Shown here one piece after another: positions 27,470 through 37,804 of a DNA stretch of 64,000 nucleotides. The DNA comes from a virus (lineage: Duplodnaviria; Caudoviricetes), in the IMG/VR virus record IMGVR_UViG_3300035208_007487. One strand, written 5' to 3'. The stretch's first letter is position 1. The number at the start of each line of letters is the position of its first letter. The notes below the pieces were generated by a model. It was not told the DNA's origin. It saw only the letters and a list, made by a program, of their open reading frames with translations, and did no database searches. The position numbers and the translations under genes are program-made.

Positions 27470-28585
27470 TTATAGTATTAATGTGACTTGTTCAGCCGCC
27501 CTAGTAACGGCTGTATATAAATGTCTAGCTGAATTTTCACCAAAGACGCTACTTTCATCTAGAATTAAAACATTATCCCATTGGCTACCTTGACTTTTAT
27601 GAACAGTCAAAGCATCTCCAAAAGTAAACTCATCAATAGATTTTTTATATTTCCAATTAAGAGTATTTTCAGTTCCCATAAAGAATTCTCTAGGAACCTT
27701 AGCATCAAAATCTTCATCTCCTAGTTCATCTAATGATTCAACTCTTAGATAATATTCTTTAATTTTCTCAACAGATTGAACTTTCCACATACTACCATTT
27801 AATAATCCTTTTTTATGATTATTCTTAATACATATTAATTTGTCATTAACTCTTGGCTCAAATAAGTCATCAGGATTCGCAACTCCCTTTGATAGCCTAA
27901 TTCTAGTATTCAGATGAGTTCTAGTTTTATTCATTCCACAAATAACCTGATCAGCTTTTATTAACATAGCATTGAATTCAGGATTAGCTAAATTTTTACG
28001 ATATAATATTTGACATTCATCATAATCTTCTTTACGAAAATCTACACCCATTCTAATATCTGAAGCTAGTCTAATAATTGGATTATCTTTAGCTTGCCTA
28101 TGAATTTCAGTTAGCATTACATCCGGTGTAGTGGATGTAAAATATCCTTGCCCTTTAATGGGAGGAAGCTGGAATGGATCACCAATAATTAATATTTTTC
28201 TTCCAAATTTAACAAGATCTTCTCCTATTTCTGGATTAACCATTGAAACTTCATCAATAATAATTAGATCTGCACTAGAAGCTATAGAATCATAGTTCAA
28301 TACAAATTCTATTTTTCCATTTGATTTATCTTCAATTGGACGATAAATTGCACTATGTATTGTTGTTGCATCTGCGCAACCTTTTTTTCTCATAATAAGT
28401 GCAGCTTTTCCAGTATATGCCATATATACTACTACACCTTTAACCAAACTAGCAATTTCACTAATTAATGTAGTTTTACCAGTGCCAGCATATCCAAATA
28501 ATCTAAAAAGTTGGGGACTTTTTCTAGTATTCAACCATTTTGATATTTTGCCTAAAGCTTTTTCTTGTTGATTTGACCATTCCAT
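27470..28585 (-). CDS. RecD/Dda-like superfamily 1B DNA helicase
   Basis: GYAGTGKT, DEVSMV, GDPFQLPP, IHRQ, TVHKSQGSQW, LYTAVTRA. Confidence 0.92.
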   Translation of the reverse strand: MEWSNQQEKALGKISKWLNTRKSPQLFRLFGYAGTGKTTLISEIASLVKGVVVYMAYTGKAALIMRKKGCADATTIHSAIYRPIEDKSNGKIEFVLNYDSIASSADLIIIDEVSMVNPEIGEDLVKFGRKILIIGDPFQLPPIKGQGYFTSTTPDVMLTEIHRQAKDNPIIRLASDIRMGVDFRKEDYDECQILYRKNLANPEFNAMLIKADQVICGMNKTRTHLNTRIRLSKGVANPDDLFEPRVNDKLICIKNNHKKGLLNGSMWKVQSVEKIKEYYLRVESLDELGDEDFDAKVPREFFMGTENTLNWKYKKSIDEFTFGDALTVHKSQGSQWDNVLILDESSVFGENSARHLYTAVTRAAEQVTLIL

Positions 28586-28588
28586 TAA

Positions 28589-28888
28589 TCATTTTTTCCT
28601 TATATCAGTTAACACATCTTTAAAATATTCCAATATTGTACCATCATCTGTAGTATATATAACAGTCTTATCGTTTGGAGATACCACAACATCCATTACA
28701 TGTTTACAATACGCATGGCCATTTTGTATATACCTAATATTAGGTATTCCATGAAGTCTATATATATCAGAACTTTGCCCACTAATCTTAGACGTAAAAA
28801 ATGGGCTATGTATAGATAGTTTAGCCAAAGAAATGCCAGTAACAATTCCAGCCAAAGTTATTAATATTATTTTATACTTACTCATCAA
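28589..28888 (-). CDS. membrane-anchored hypothetical protein
   Basis: N-terminal hydrophobic helix. Confidence 0.6.
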   Translation of the reverse strand: MMSKYKIILITLAGIVTGISLAKLSIHSPFFTSKISGQSSDIYRLHGIPNIRYIQNGHAYCKHVMDVVVSPNDKTVIYTTDDGTILEYFKDVLTDIRKK

Positions 28889-29145
28889 TCGTTGTTTAAT
28901 TCAATTGTAACATTACTAGCTAAATCTTCAAAAGATTCCATTATCCAATTTTGACCAGCTTCACCAATTGCATGATATTTATTTGGAATAATAACTACGC
29001 CCATTCCTCTTGATAAATCTCGATTCGATCTAATATCAATGGCTGTCATTAGCACTATTAAATCACTTTTTGCATCTTTCATCAATTTTGGGAAAGGTAA
29101 TTCTTTAGCCTGACTCTCAGCATTATCTTTTATTCTTGCTTTCAT
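28885..29145 (-). CDS. hypothetical protein, tandem paralog
   Basis: FPKLMK...IGE...NW.M..F.DL.SNVTIEL shared with 29163-29432. Confidence 0.75.
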   Translation of the reverse strand: MKARIKDNAESQAKELPFPKLMKDAKSDLIVLMTAIDIRSNRDLSRGMGVVIIPNKYHAIGEAGQNWIMESFEDLASNVTIELNND

Positions 29146-29162
29146 TAGTTTCTTCCTTGTTT

Positions 29163-29432
29163 TTAATTGTTGCTTAATTCAATTGTAACATTACTATCTA
29201 AATCTGCAAAATTATCCATATACCAATTTTCTTCAAATTCACCAATAGGATGAATATTTGAATTATTTGTTGCCACTACATAACCAATTCCTATTACCCG
29301 ATCTGAGCTTGATTGATTTGCTTTAATTCCAGTCATCAATACTACTACGATATAATGATCCGACTTAAATTTCATTAATTTAGGGAATTCAGACACTTTA
29401 GCTATACTTTTGTCATTAATTATTGATTTCAT
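29163..29432 (-). CDS. hypothetical protein, tandem paralog
   Basis: paralog of 28885-29145. Confidence 0.75.
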   Translation of the reverse strand: MKSIINDKSIAKVSEFPKLMKFKSDHYIVVVLMTGIKANQSSSDRVIGIGYVVATNNSNIHPIGEFEENWYMDNFADLDSNVTIELSNN

Positions 29433-29880
29433 TTATAGCCTTCTTGTTCATTTTTTCTAAGCAATTACTTATAAGTGAGGATTCTAATTCTTCAGTCATT
29501 TTCATTACTATTTCATTTTCAATATCTATATGCTTTTCTACTACATGAGGTATTATTTCATCTTTGGTATTTACCAAATAATGTTTATATACTTCAATTG
29601 CGCCCATCAAGCGATAAGCATTCCTGATATATGATTTTTCATCTTTCCAATAATCTAAACTAGCATCATACTTAATATAAAATAATGCATTTACTAATTC
29701 ATGCAGTTCTTTGACAGTTGGAATTGCCTGAATATCCCAACCACCTTTAGTTACATCTATTCTATCATTTCCAAAATTAGTGCCATGAACTAAATACAAT
29801 TCTTCAGTACCATCATCCAATTGAACTTCTATTCCACCTGTACTGCAATCTCTATAGAAATCGAAATGCTTGATTTTCAT
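29416..29880 (-). CDS. hypothetical protein
   Basis: operonic ORF. Confidence 0.7.
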   Translation of the reverse strand: MKIKHFDFYRDCSTGGIEVQLDDGTEELYLVHGTNFGNDRIDVTKGGWDIQAIPTVKELHELVNALFYIKYDASLDYWKDEKSYIRNAYRLMGAIEVYKHYLVNTKDEIIPHVVEKHIDIENEIVMKMTEELESSLISNCLEKMNKKAINEINN

Positions 29881-30174
29881 TTAATGTAGGTCCATTTGAA
29901 GTTGAAGATTTAAAATAGATTCTTCAGTTGTTTCACTAATATCATTACAATTAGTTACATAAAATTCACATAATTCATCAATATCATATAGCATAACTTC
30001 GTTTACTAGATATATTACATATTCATTATTACTATATTTTAGAGCTTTTTCAACTATTCCTTTTCCATAAAAACCATGCAAGTAATAGATAATCTCATCA
30101 CCATTACTTAGCGCACTCACTTTTTTGAACATTGTTAGCTCTTTCTTTATTGTATTGTTCCAATGGACTACCAA
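29881..30174 (-). CDS. hypothetical protein
   Basis: ORF; start likely at the downstream MFKK. Confidence 0.55.
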   Translation of the reverse strand: MVVHWNNTIKKELTMFKKVSALSNGDEIIYYLHGFYGKGIVEKALKYSNNEYVIYLVNEVMLYDIDELCEFYVTNCNDISETTEESILNLQLQMDLH

Positions 30175-30901
30175 ATTTATCTAAGTAATCTCTAAGACCT
30201 TGCGCCATATGTCTACGGCCAGTTCTAAGCCATTTATAATATTTTGCTAAATCTCTCTTGAATAATTTTATCTTTTCTTCATGAACCTTAGTTGGATGAT
30301 TCCAAAAGCTATACATAATATCATCAATACGTTTTTCTGTTAGTTTAGCTCCATTAGCTGCATCATAGAGAAGTAGACTTTTGTAAGCTCTAATAAAACC
30401 TCTATGTTCGTTTATAAGCTCTTCTTTAAAGGTTGGATAATCTCGCCTCACTAGGTTTTTAGTATCCCAAAACCAGACCCTAGGCAATGGTAATTCCAAT
30501 TCGATTAAATAAAATTTAATCAATGGAAAGTGCCTCTTGTAGTTGTTAAATATAACAATATTTGAATCAGAAATAAATGAATAGAAATCTTTAAAGACCT
30601 CAAAGGTGCTACGGCAATCTTTAATATTCTCATCATTTAACCCAATCAAATCACTCCAATATTTCCTAGTTTCTTTCATCTTATTATTAATTGGGCTATA
30701 ACAGGGCCTAGCTAATACATGAAACGTTTCTATCTTATCATTATAGCACTTAATTGCAGAATATTCTACTATACGCCCACCATCTTTTATACTACCATGT
30801 TGTATTTGGAAATCTATGAAGCATATTGTTTTATCTAAATGCCCAATAAAATTAGGTTTATCAATCCCACATTCTCTATCTAATAAACTAAAATATTCCA
30901 T
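30104..30901 (-). CDS. degenerate DnaQ/DEDD exonuclease-fold protein
   Basis: FIDFQ...RIVEYSAIK...F.DFYSFI...WDTKNL pattern; catalytic acidic residues partly lost. Confidence 0.6.
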   Translation of the reverse strand: MEYFSLLDRECGIDKPNFIGHLDKTICFIDFQIQHGSIKDGGRIVEYSAIKCYNDKIETFHVLARPCYSPINNKMKETRKYWSDLIGLNDENIKDCRSTFEVFKDFYSFISDSNIVIFNNYKRHFPLIKFYLIELELPLPRVWFWDTKNLVRRDYPTFKEELINEHRGFIRAYKSLLLYDAANGAKLTEKRIDDIMYSFWNHPTKVHEEKIKLFKRDLAKYYKWLRTGRRHMAQGLRDYLDKFGSPLEQYNKERANNVQKSECAK

Positions 30902-30904
30902 TAT

Positions 30905-31156
30905 CTAATCTCCTTTGGATTTAGTATTTTTAATCCATTCAATAGTTTCTTCTTTAATCAATCTTTGAATTTTATTATGACGGTATTCAAATCCTTTTTC
31001 TTCAGCAATATTTAACTCAACTAATTGTAATATTTCTTTGGCTAGCAGAGTATCTTTATTTTTAAAATATTCTATATAATAAGGATATAAGTAATCTCTT
31101 ATTATTTGATGATTGTGAATATTAAATAAAGCTTTTTTGCTAATTTGTGGGGCCAT
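30905..31156 (-). CDS. hypothetical protein
   Basis: operonic ORF. Confidence 0.6.
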   Translation of the reverse strand: MAPQISKKALFNIHNHQIIRDYLYPYYIEYFKNKDTLLAKEILQLVELNIAEEKGFEYRHNKIQRLIKEETIEWIKNTKSKGD

Positions 31157-31255
31157 TAATAATTATTTAACAATAATTAAAACATTTTAATAATTTATAA
31201 AAAGACTATATAAAATCCTAATAGATCAGCCTAATCTCAAATAGTTCTAGTAATG

Positions 31256-32545
31256 CTAAATAATAGTATACATAGCATTAAATTCTTGTTTCATAGACGA
31301 GCACTGTTCCGTAAGAAACTGTAACCTCTCATCTCCACAAGCATAACTTTGGCTGGAACTCAGCCTAGTTGCAGTTTCCCGCAAATGTTTATCCATCAAC
31401 CATAGGGCATAATATTGTAGATTTTTAGCAGCGTTAACATCGCGATCATGATGCACTCCACAATTGCTACAAGTCCATTCTCTATCTGACAGTTTCAATT
31501 CGTTATGTTTATGCCCGCAAACACTACAATACCTAGAAGAAGCATAGAAGGTAGGAGCCATTATTAAATGGATTCCAGCCCAGCTACATTTATACTTCAA
31601 AGTATCTCTAATTTTACCAAAAGAAGAATCTAAAATAGAACTGGCTAATTTATGATTTTTGGACATATTTTTTGGTTTTAATGTTTCAATAACAATGACT
31701 TTTGGCTTGGCTTTTACCAAAGAACTTGCCAATTTATGCACAGCATCATTGCGGATATCCGCAACTTTCTTGTGAACTCTTGACAATCTTGTTATTGCTT
31801 TCTTTCTATTGGTACTTCCTTTAACTCTTCTAGATACCATTCTTTGATATCGTTGAAGTTTCTTTAAATGACTCTTGTATGCTTTCGGATTGTTAAATGC
31901 CTCACCTTCACTAGTAATCGCTAACTCTTTGATTCCTAAATCTACACCTAGAATATCATTAGTTTCTATTTCGCTAATTGGAGCCAACTCAGGGGCTTCA
32001 ATATCTTCTTTTATTAAAAATGAAACAAACCATCTATCTGCTTGGCGTGATACTGTTGCTTGACTTAATTTTAATTTCCCTTCTTGTATTGGATAATTCT
32101 TCTCCTTTAATCTAATCTTGCCTAATATTGGTAATTGAGCATAATTAGATGCAATATATATTGAACCTGTTAATCTAAATGAATCTTTATTTCCCTTTTT
32201 CTTAAATTTTGGATAATCTGACTTTTTAGTGAAAAATTGTTTAAAAGCATATTCTAAGTCTCTTAATGATTCCTGGCCGCAGCATTTAGACACTTCACGA
32301 ATCCAAGGAAACTCATTTTTGAGCAAGACCCATTCTTTGTGCCAATCTTGAGCATTGCCTAAAGTGCAGGGAATTTTAGGCAAATCATACATTATAGCTA
32401 AAGATTTATTAGCTTCATATTCTCTAATAAGTTTGTCTAATTCCCAATTATATGCATAACGACTAATTCCAGCACTTTTAGCACATAAAGCTTTTTGACT
32501 ATTATTGATTTTTAATTCAATCTTATAACTGTGCATTCTAATCAT
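31256..32545 (-). CDS. tnpB: RNA-guided endonuclease TnpB (IS607-type), no recognisable intact element ends
   Basis: N-terminal HTH; RuvC GVDLGIK / IETL / DRDVNAAKN; CxxC-CxxC finger; omegaRNA-overlapping tail ACGDERLQ..CSSMKQE. Confidence 0.92.
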   Translation of the reverse strand: MIRMHSYKIELKINNSQKALCAKSAGISRYAYNWELDKLIREYEANKSLAIMYDLPKIPCTLGNAQDWHKEWVLLKNEFPWIREVSKCCGQESLRDLEYAFKQFFTKKSDYPKFKKKGNKDSFRLTGSIYIASNYAQLPILGKIRLKEKNYPIQEGKLKLSQATVSRQADRWFVSFLIKEDIEAPELAPISEIETNDILGVDLGIKELAITSEGEAFNNPKAYKSHLKKLQRYQRMVSRRVKGSTNRKKAITRLSRVHKKVADIRNDAVHKLASSLVKAKPKVIVIETLKPKNMSKNHKLASSILDSSFGKIRDTLKYKCSWAGIHLIMAPTFYASSRYCSVCGHKHNELKLSDREWTCSNCGVHHDRDVNAAKNLQYYALWLMDKHLRETATRLSSSQSYACGDERLQFLTEQCSSMKQEFNAMYTII

Positions 32546-32656
32546 TTTATATTATTTGCCCATTATTTTTTTGTATAAAATTTATTTATACCATCAAACT
32601 CCCACTGAATTTTAACTCAGTATTGTAATATTAACATATTTAGATAAATAATAGAT

Positions 32657-33355
32657 ATGTTTTTGCATGAGTTCCCTGCCTCAATAAAGTCGCAAACTCC
32701 TTTCAATTTAGTTATATCTAACAGAGTTAAAACTATTACATTACCTATTCCTAAGTTTACCATCAATTCTAATTTAATATCTTCAAATAATTTAAATATA
32801 CTTTTTACAACTCCTTACAAAGAACAAGAATTATTCAAAACATTTAATGCCTCAGAAATAGAATATTTAATAACCAGAATAACTGCTGTTTTATCTAATA
32901 TAAATCTTCCAGAAAATATATCAATATATCACTATGATCAAATATTTAACAATAATCTATTTAAATCATATAAACACTATACTAAATTAACTCATATTAT
33001 TGCTAGCAATAATCAAATTTATCCAATATATGAAAAAAATGATATAATAATAACTGAACCATCTCTAGTAATAGATGAATTAAATAGCAAAAAACTCATT
33101 AACAAAATTGCTAATGAAGTTTCAAATTCACTTATATTCATTAAAATAAAGCGGGATAACTTAACAAACATAAGTCACATATTTGGAGTATTATCACAAG
33201 TAGCTAATATATTAAATTATGATGACTATGATAAAATATTTGCAATAAACCTTAAACAACCTATTGATCTATATGGAGTGCTCACTCAATCGGGTGTTAA
33301 TAGCTCATTGGCAGTTATTGATAGATCTAATGAATTATTTGAATTCCTACAATAA
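32657..33355 (+). CDS. hypothetical protein, probably late
   Basis: GATAAATA just before ATG. Confidence 0.65.
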   Translation: MFLHEFPASIKSQTPFNLVISNRVKTITLPIPKFTINSNLISSNNLNILFTTPYKEQELFKTFNASEIEYLITRITAVLSNINLPENISIYHYDQIFNNNLFKSYKHYTKLTHIIASNNQIYPIYEKNDIIITEPSLVIDELNSKKLINKIANEVSNSLIFIKIKRDNLTNISHIFGVLSQVANILNYDDYDKIFAINLKQPIDLYGVLTQSGVNSSLAVIDRSNELFEFLQ

Positions 33356-33356
33356 G

Positions 33357-33797
33357 TTATAAATTAATATTATGTTTTTTAAGCTCTGAGGTTTCTTCTT
33401 GAATTTTATTAGCAGCATCTTTTGCATTATCGCTATGTTTTTTTACACCATCAGCATCTCCTCTATTTTTTGCAGAAATAGCTTGATTATTTTCAAATAC
33501 GCAATCTTTGATGGCTTGATTAAGAGCGGTTTTTTCTAAAGATATTGCAGGCTCATCATCACGATTTATTTCAACATTAGAACTTCCAAATGAAATATTT
33601 CTAATTTGATTAATATTATAGTTATGTAATTGATTACTTATATATAACGCATATTCATAGGCTGAATCAGATTCAACTAATGCTTCATCAACATCTATAT
33701 ATTCGTCATGATTACATGAATCTAAAGATGGACAGCCATGAACACTTATTAGAAATGCCGCACCTAAGCAAATACTAGCCCAAATTCCTTTAGACAT
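33357..33797 (-). CDS. membrane-anchored or lipoprotein
   Basis: N-terminal hydrophobic segment followed by GC; GGAGG RBS. Confidence 0.7.
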   Translation of the reverse strand: MSKGIWASICLGAAFLISVHGCPSLDSCNHDEYIDVDEALVESDSAYEYALYISNQLHNYNINQIRNISFGSSNVEINRDDEPAISLEKTALNQAIKDCVFENNQAISAKNRGDADGVKKHSDNAKDAANKIQEETSELKKHNINL

Positions 33798-33964
33798 ATT
33801 TCAATCCTCCGTATCATTATCTTCAAATTCCCAAGATGGTTTAAGTTCTCCATCTGACTCTTGTTTCCAAGTAATATCAAAATCATCTTCAGGGCTATCC
33901 ATATCAGAATCAATGAAAGTATTGGGTGATTTTTTAAACAAATTCTTAATAAAATTGAATATGC

Positions 33965-34234
33965 TCATAGCCCAAATATATCTGCAAATATGCTTAATCC
34001 TTCTAATGCAATACCGGCTCCTGCTGCTAAGATATCTCCAGGAATACCTCCTAAGTCATCATCAATTGCTAAAGCAATTCCTGCGGCTGTTGCAAATGAG
34101 ACTAATAATAGATTTGCATCTTCACTATTCGAGCAATCTTTTTTATGTAAAATTACATCATATGCAAAATCACTAGCTTCAGTTTTGCTCAATCCTTTTG
34201 ATTGAGCATATTTAATTAATTCATCATAGCTCAT
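33965..34234 (-). CDS. small protein with Gly/Ala-rich hydrophobic hairpin
   Basis: LLLVSFATAAGIALAIDDDLGGIPGDILAAGAGIAL. Confidence 0.65.
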   Translation of the reverse strand: MSYDELIKYAQSKGLSKTEASDFAYDVILHKKDCSNSEDANLLLVSFATAAGIALAIDDDLGGIPGDILAAGAGIALEGLSIFADIFGL

Positions 34235-34502
34235 GGGCGCTTACTCCATATCTATTTAATTCAAATATTTCACATTCAGCTTCAACGAATACTTCAAATC
34301 CAAGTTCAGTTGTTTTTGAAATAATTTTCATACTGGTAGGAATACCTGTAGACAATGAATCAATTGAAACATTCTTTAACATATCCAATGCTAAATTAGT
34401 AGCTTCACTAAATCCTTCGGATTCAGATATTACCTCAGTTTTCACTTTATTATAATAAGGGAAATCACTACCAATCATTTTTGTTGTGATATATACGAAC
34501 AT
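34224..34502 (-). CDS. hypothetical protein
   Basis: AAGGAG RBS. Confidence 0.65.
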   Translation of the reverse strand: MFVYITTKMIGSDFPYYNKVKTEVISESEGFSEATNLALDMLKNVSIDSLSTGIPTSMKIISKTTELGFEVFVEAECEIFELNRYGVSAHEL

Positions 34503-34516
34503 GATGCGCTCCTTTA

Positions 34517-34954
34517 TTAAATGCGTTCAATACCAAAATTAAATTTAGCATCAAGGCTTAAAAGCTCAGTTCCAGGTAATACTTCAATCTTCTTTCGCAT
34601 ATTCACATTTCTGTCAATAGATCCTGAAATGGTGCTAATGTAAGTTGGCAGTTGATTAATTGGAAGATTACTTAATCCATCCAGGACAAAATCAAATCCC
34701 CCATCTAAAAATAGAATATCATATTTATTTTTAGAAATGAAATTTAATGCAGTAATTCCATCCATAGCAACATCTGAAAATAGTTCGCCTGATTTTTCAG
34801 CAATTGATTTTTTAAGATTTGCATAATCTTCTGAATCAAAATAGTGGCAGTGCTTCAAGATAATGAAATGTAGAGCGGCAAATGCTCCATCTCCAGGAAA
34901 CATATTTGCAAATTCTCCAAAATCATCATCAACTAGCAGAATTTTAAGAGACAC
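34517..34954 (-). CDS. stand-alone response-regulator receiver-like protein
   Basis: KILLVDDD...ALNFISKNKYDILFLD...ISTISGS; promoter 35016-35044. Confidence 0.65.
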   Translation of the reverse strand: MSLKILLVDDDFGEFANMFPGDGAFAALHFIILKHCHYFDSEDYANLKKSIAEKSGELFSDVAMDGITALNFISKNKYDILFLDGGFDFVLDGLSNLPINQLPTYISTISGSIDRNVNMRKKIEVLPGTELLSLDAKFNFGIERI

Positions 34955-35133
34955 ACAAACCCTTTCATTGATTCAAGCTCTTCCTAAAGGAGGTCTACAT
35001 TATGCACCAACTATCAATATAATATTTTTTAGAAATGCTGGCAAGTGAATTCAGCCTTCTTTTGATTTTACATGATATTTTGTTTTTATTATATTAAGCT
35101 GGAACTTTTAAAATTTCGTATTGAAAGGATAAT

Positions 35134-35349
35134 ATGTCATTTTTGCTAATATTGGGAATAAGTGGCTGGATATTAAATATCCTATTTTATGTCATATTTT
35201 GGAAAATAATAGATAAAGAAGAATTTGATATTAATGATTTAGGAGGAGAATGCATTCTTCATATTTTAGTATTAATACCATTTTTATTTATAATAGGATA
35301 TTTGTTCGCTTGTGCATTGTTTGAATTAAGCATAGGAGATGACGAATGA
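35134..35349 (+). CDS. small membrane protein
   Basis: two TM segments; AAGGA RBS. Confidence 0.65.
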   Translation: MSFLLILGISGWILNILFYVIFWKIIDKEEFDINDLGGECILHILVLIPFLFIIGYLFACALFELSIGDDE

Positions 35350-35828
35350 AAGAAGCCGTATATTCTGTTAAATTTTTCCGTCTAAAAAATGGAATTTTAA
35401 CTGGTCCTAGCCAAGGATACAAATACACCAAACCGTCTAATTTTGGGGAGTTTGGAAGATGGCATACTATGGGTAAAAACGATGAAGATCCTGGCATATG
35501 CACTTGTGATAAAGGATTTCACGCTCCTATATTAGAGTCTATAGAATATTGGAAAAACAATTATTATTATGAAGCAGATAAAATGCCTATTAAAGCATAT
35601 ATTGTACAATTAGGGGAATTTTGCTCATATGAAATTGATCCACTATTTAGTGGGAAAATAGCTTGTCAAAGAATTAGATTAATTAGAGAATTAAAGGGAT
35701 TTAGTTTATGCAAGGCTGCTATTAATTATTTAAACAAAGAATATAATTTAATAAGTGATAAATTAATTAGCGAATGTATTGCAAAGTATGGCAAATTTGA
35801 CTATATTGACTATAAAGAGGCTAAGTGA
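35346..35828 (+). CDS. CxxGFH-family phage protein (DUF7666-like)
   Basis: VKF...CDKGFHA...AYIVQLG...KIACQRIRLIREL. Confidence 0.75.
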   Translation: MKEAVYSVKFFRLKNGILTGPSQGYKYTKPSNFGEFGRWHTMGKNDEDPGICTCDKGFHAPILESIEYWKNNYYYEADKMPIKAYIVQLGEFCSYEIDPLFSGKIACQRIRLIRELKGFSLCKAAINYLNKEYNLISDKLISECIAKYGKFDYIDYKEAK

Positions 35829-36223
35829 TGATACGAGGAATTAAAATATTAGATGAAAGTTGTACCAGTTTATTATTTAAATATAAATTTGGATTTGATC
35901 TACTTAATCATACGTTAGGATATCAAACTTGGGGCCATACTGTTAAATGCGGAGAATGGGGATTTCATGCTATGGCCCGAGATGTTAGTAATTATTATTT
36001 GTATAAAAAGATTTCTAGCAAAATTAAAAATCGAGCATTTATTGTAGAAATGACTGATGCTCTTGATTATGATTACGATTTAAAAATAATGGCAACTAGC
36101 TATATTAAATTTATATATGAATTTGAACCATCTTGTTTATTAGATAAGGCAATTTTCAATAAAATATGTGATAAATTTAATGTAATTTCTTCTAAAGATT
36201 TCCCAACAAAAGGCATAATGTAA
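35825..36223 (+). CDS. CxxGFH-family paralog
   Basis: CGEWGFHA...AFIVEM...KI. Confidence 0.7.
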   Translation: MMIRGIKILDESCTSLLFKYKFGFDLLNHTLGYQTWGHTVKCGEWGFHAMARDVSNYYLYKKISSKIKNRAFIVEMTDALDYDYDLKIMATSYIKFIYEFEPSCLLDKAIFNKICDKFNVISSKDFPTKGIM

Positions 36224-36663
36224 TGGCTAAAGCTATAAAATTTTTCAAGAATAACGGTGGATTTATTACTAGCCCGCATACTGGTTTAGCTTATGTTCCA
36301 GGTAATTTATATCGTACTTCTTTACCATTAGTGATGTGCGCAAATGGATTTCATTTTCCAAGCAATTTACTTGGAATAGAAAAATGGGGATTAAACTATT
36401 ATACTAGTCATTTAACAAGCTGGATAATTGAAATTAGTGGAGCTATTATAGAAGACGATATTTATAATAAATTTGCAGTTCAAAATATGAAATTAATTGA
36501 AGAAGTGTCAATTACAATTAGATCATTTGATCGAAGAAATTCTCTAAGAGAATTAAAAAGCACCTTAAGAAATAATCATCCAGATTTAATATATTTTAAT
36601 AGGAAATTTAGAAGCACTTTATTATCAGTACCCGAAAAGCAGTGTTATTTAATAAAGGATTAA
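36223..36663 (+). CDS. CxxGFH-family paralog
   Basis: CANGFHF...IIEISG...KFAVQNMKLIEEV. Confidence 0.75.
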   Translation: MAKAIKFFKNNGGFITSPHTGLAYVPGNLYRTSLPLVMCANGFHFPSNLLGIEKWGLNYYTSHLTSWIIEISGAIIEDDIYNKFAVQNMKLIEEVSITIRSFDRRNSLRELKSTLRNNHPDLIYFNRKFRSTLLSVPEKQCYLIKD

Positions 36664-36665
36664 TA

Positions 36666-37025
36666 ATGTCAATAGCAAAATTAAATAAATTATGCTCATA
36701 CTTATTATGGGATGATACTCATCTGGACCGTATTAATTTTCATTTGCCTAATGATGGAAATAATCATTTAACATTTTTTATAGAAAAAGGTTTGCATGAC
36801 TGCCGAATATGTATTAAGATTAAACGCATATCAGATGCTAAGATTAGAATATACCCAAAACAATTGCTAGAAATTACTAATTTTGGAATCAATATTGATG
36901 CTATAAAAAATATGATTAGAATATTATCTGATTGGGATTCATTTGATATATGTCAAAAGGATCTTAAAAATTTTAATTATGATTACACTGGATTACCTAA
37001 CTACGAAGGAGATTCTAATGAATGA
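36666..37025 (+). CDS. hypothetical protein
   Basis: operonic ORF. Confidence 0.6.
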   Translation: MSIAKLNKLCSYLLWDDTHLDRINFHLPNDGNNHLTFFIEKGLHDCRICIKIKRISDAKIRIYPKQLLEITNFGINIDAIKNMIRILSDWDSFDICQKDLKNFNYDYTGLPNYEGDSNE

Positions 37026-37629
37026 ATTTACCACAGAAAAGCCTCATACTAAACTATTAGCCTTAAAAAAAGCATTACATGCATTAGGTTTTAAGTGTGA
37101 ATTTTGGCCTGTTAATTTTGCAGATGGAACCCAAGGTCATTCTATTCACGTATTAGCTCCTAAGAGCAATACTACCCCAAATATGAAATCTCAATTACTT
37201 GAAGATACTTCTATGTTTTCAATTAGTGTATTATTAGATGGAACTGTTAAAGATTATGATGATAATGGCTTGTCTATTTTATTTAATGAAGATCTTTCCC
37301 CTAAATCCTTATCTCAAGCCACTATTATTGAAGGGATTCCGCATATCCAGAGTGTGATTTTGGATAGATTAGTAACCGCACTTGTACCAGAATTTGCTTG
37401 GGTTAGTATTCAAGCTAATGAATTAATTAGTAAATTTGCTTGTTGTAAAGATCCAATAAAAGTGAGAAAGATTATTAATTCTCTTATTAATAATGTATTT
37501 ACTTCAAGTACTTGTGAAAGCGCTAGTGAATGGGGATTTAATGATACTTGTGTAAGAGATAGTATGTGTGAGGATATTGATAATAAGTTTGAATATGTTA
37601 AAGAAGTTATTGAAAAATATGCGGAATAA
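37018..37629 (+). CDS. hypothetical protein
   Basis: AAGGAG RBS; C-terminal EWGFNDTCVRD. Confidence 0.7.
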   Translation: MNEFTTEKPHTKLLALKKALHALGFKCEFWPVNFADGTQGHSIHVLAPKSNTTPNMKSQLLEDTSMFSISVLLDGTVKDYDDNGLSILFNEDLSPKSLSQATIIEGIPHIQSVILDRLVTALVPEFAWVSIQANELISKFACCKDPIKVRKIINSLINNVFTSSTCESASEWGFNDTCVRDSMCEDIDNKFEYVKEVIEKYAE

Positions 37630-37767
37630 AGGAATCATAATGAATAGGATAGTTAATACAAATTCAGCAACTTTATAATTATATACTCCATGATAATATT
37701 CTTTACTTAATATTATGCTATTTGGAATAGCCATTTCATATAAAAAACCATTATATGCAATCTTCAT
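37504..37767 (-). pseudogene. probably truncated MK..YNGFLYE-tag protein
   Basis: TATAAATA upstream; MKIAYNGFLYE then YYHG; runs antisense into the convergent gene. Confidence 0.5.
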
Positions 37768-37804
37768 GCTTACTATTTATATTACTATAATATATAATTA
37801 AAAT

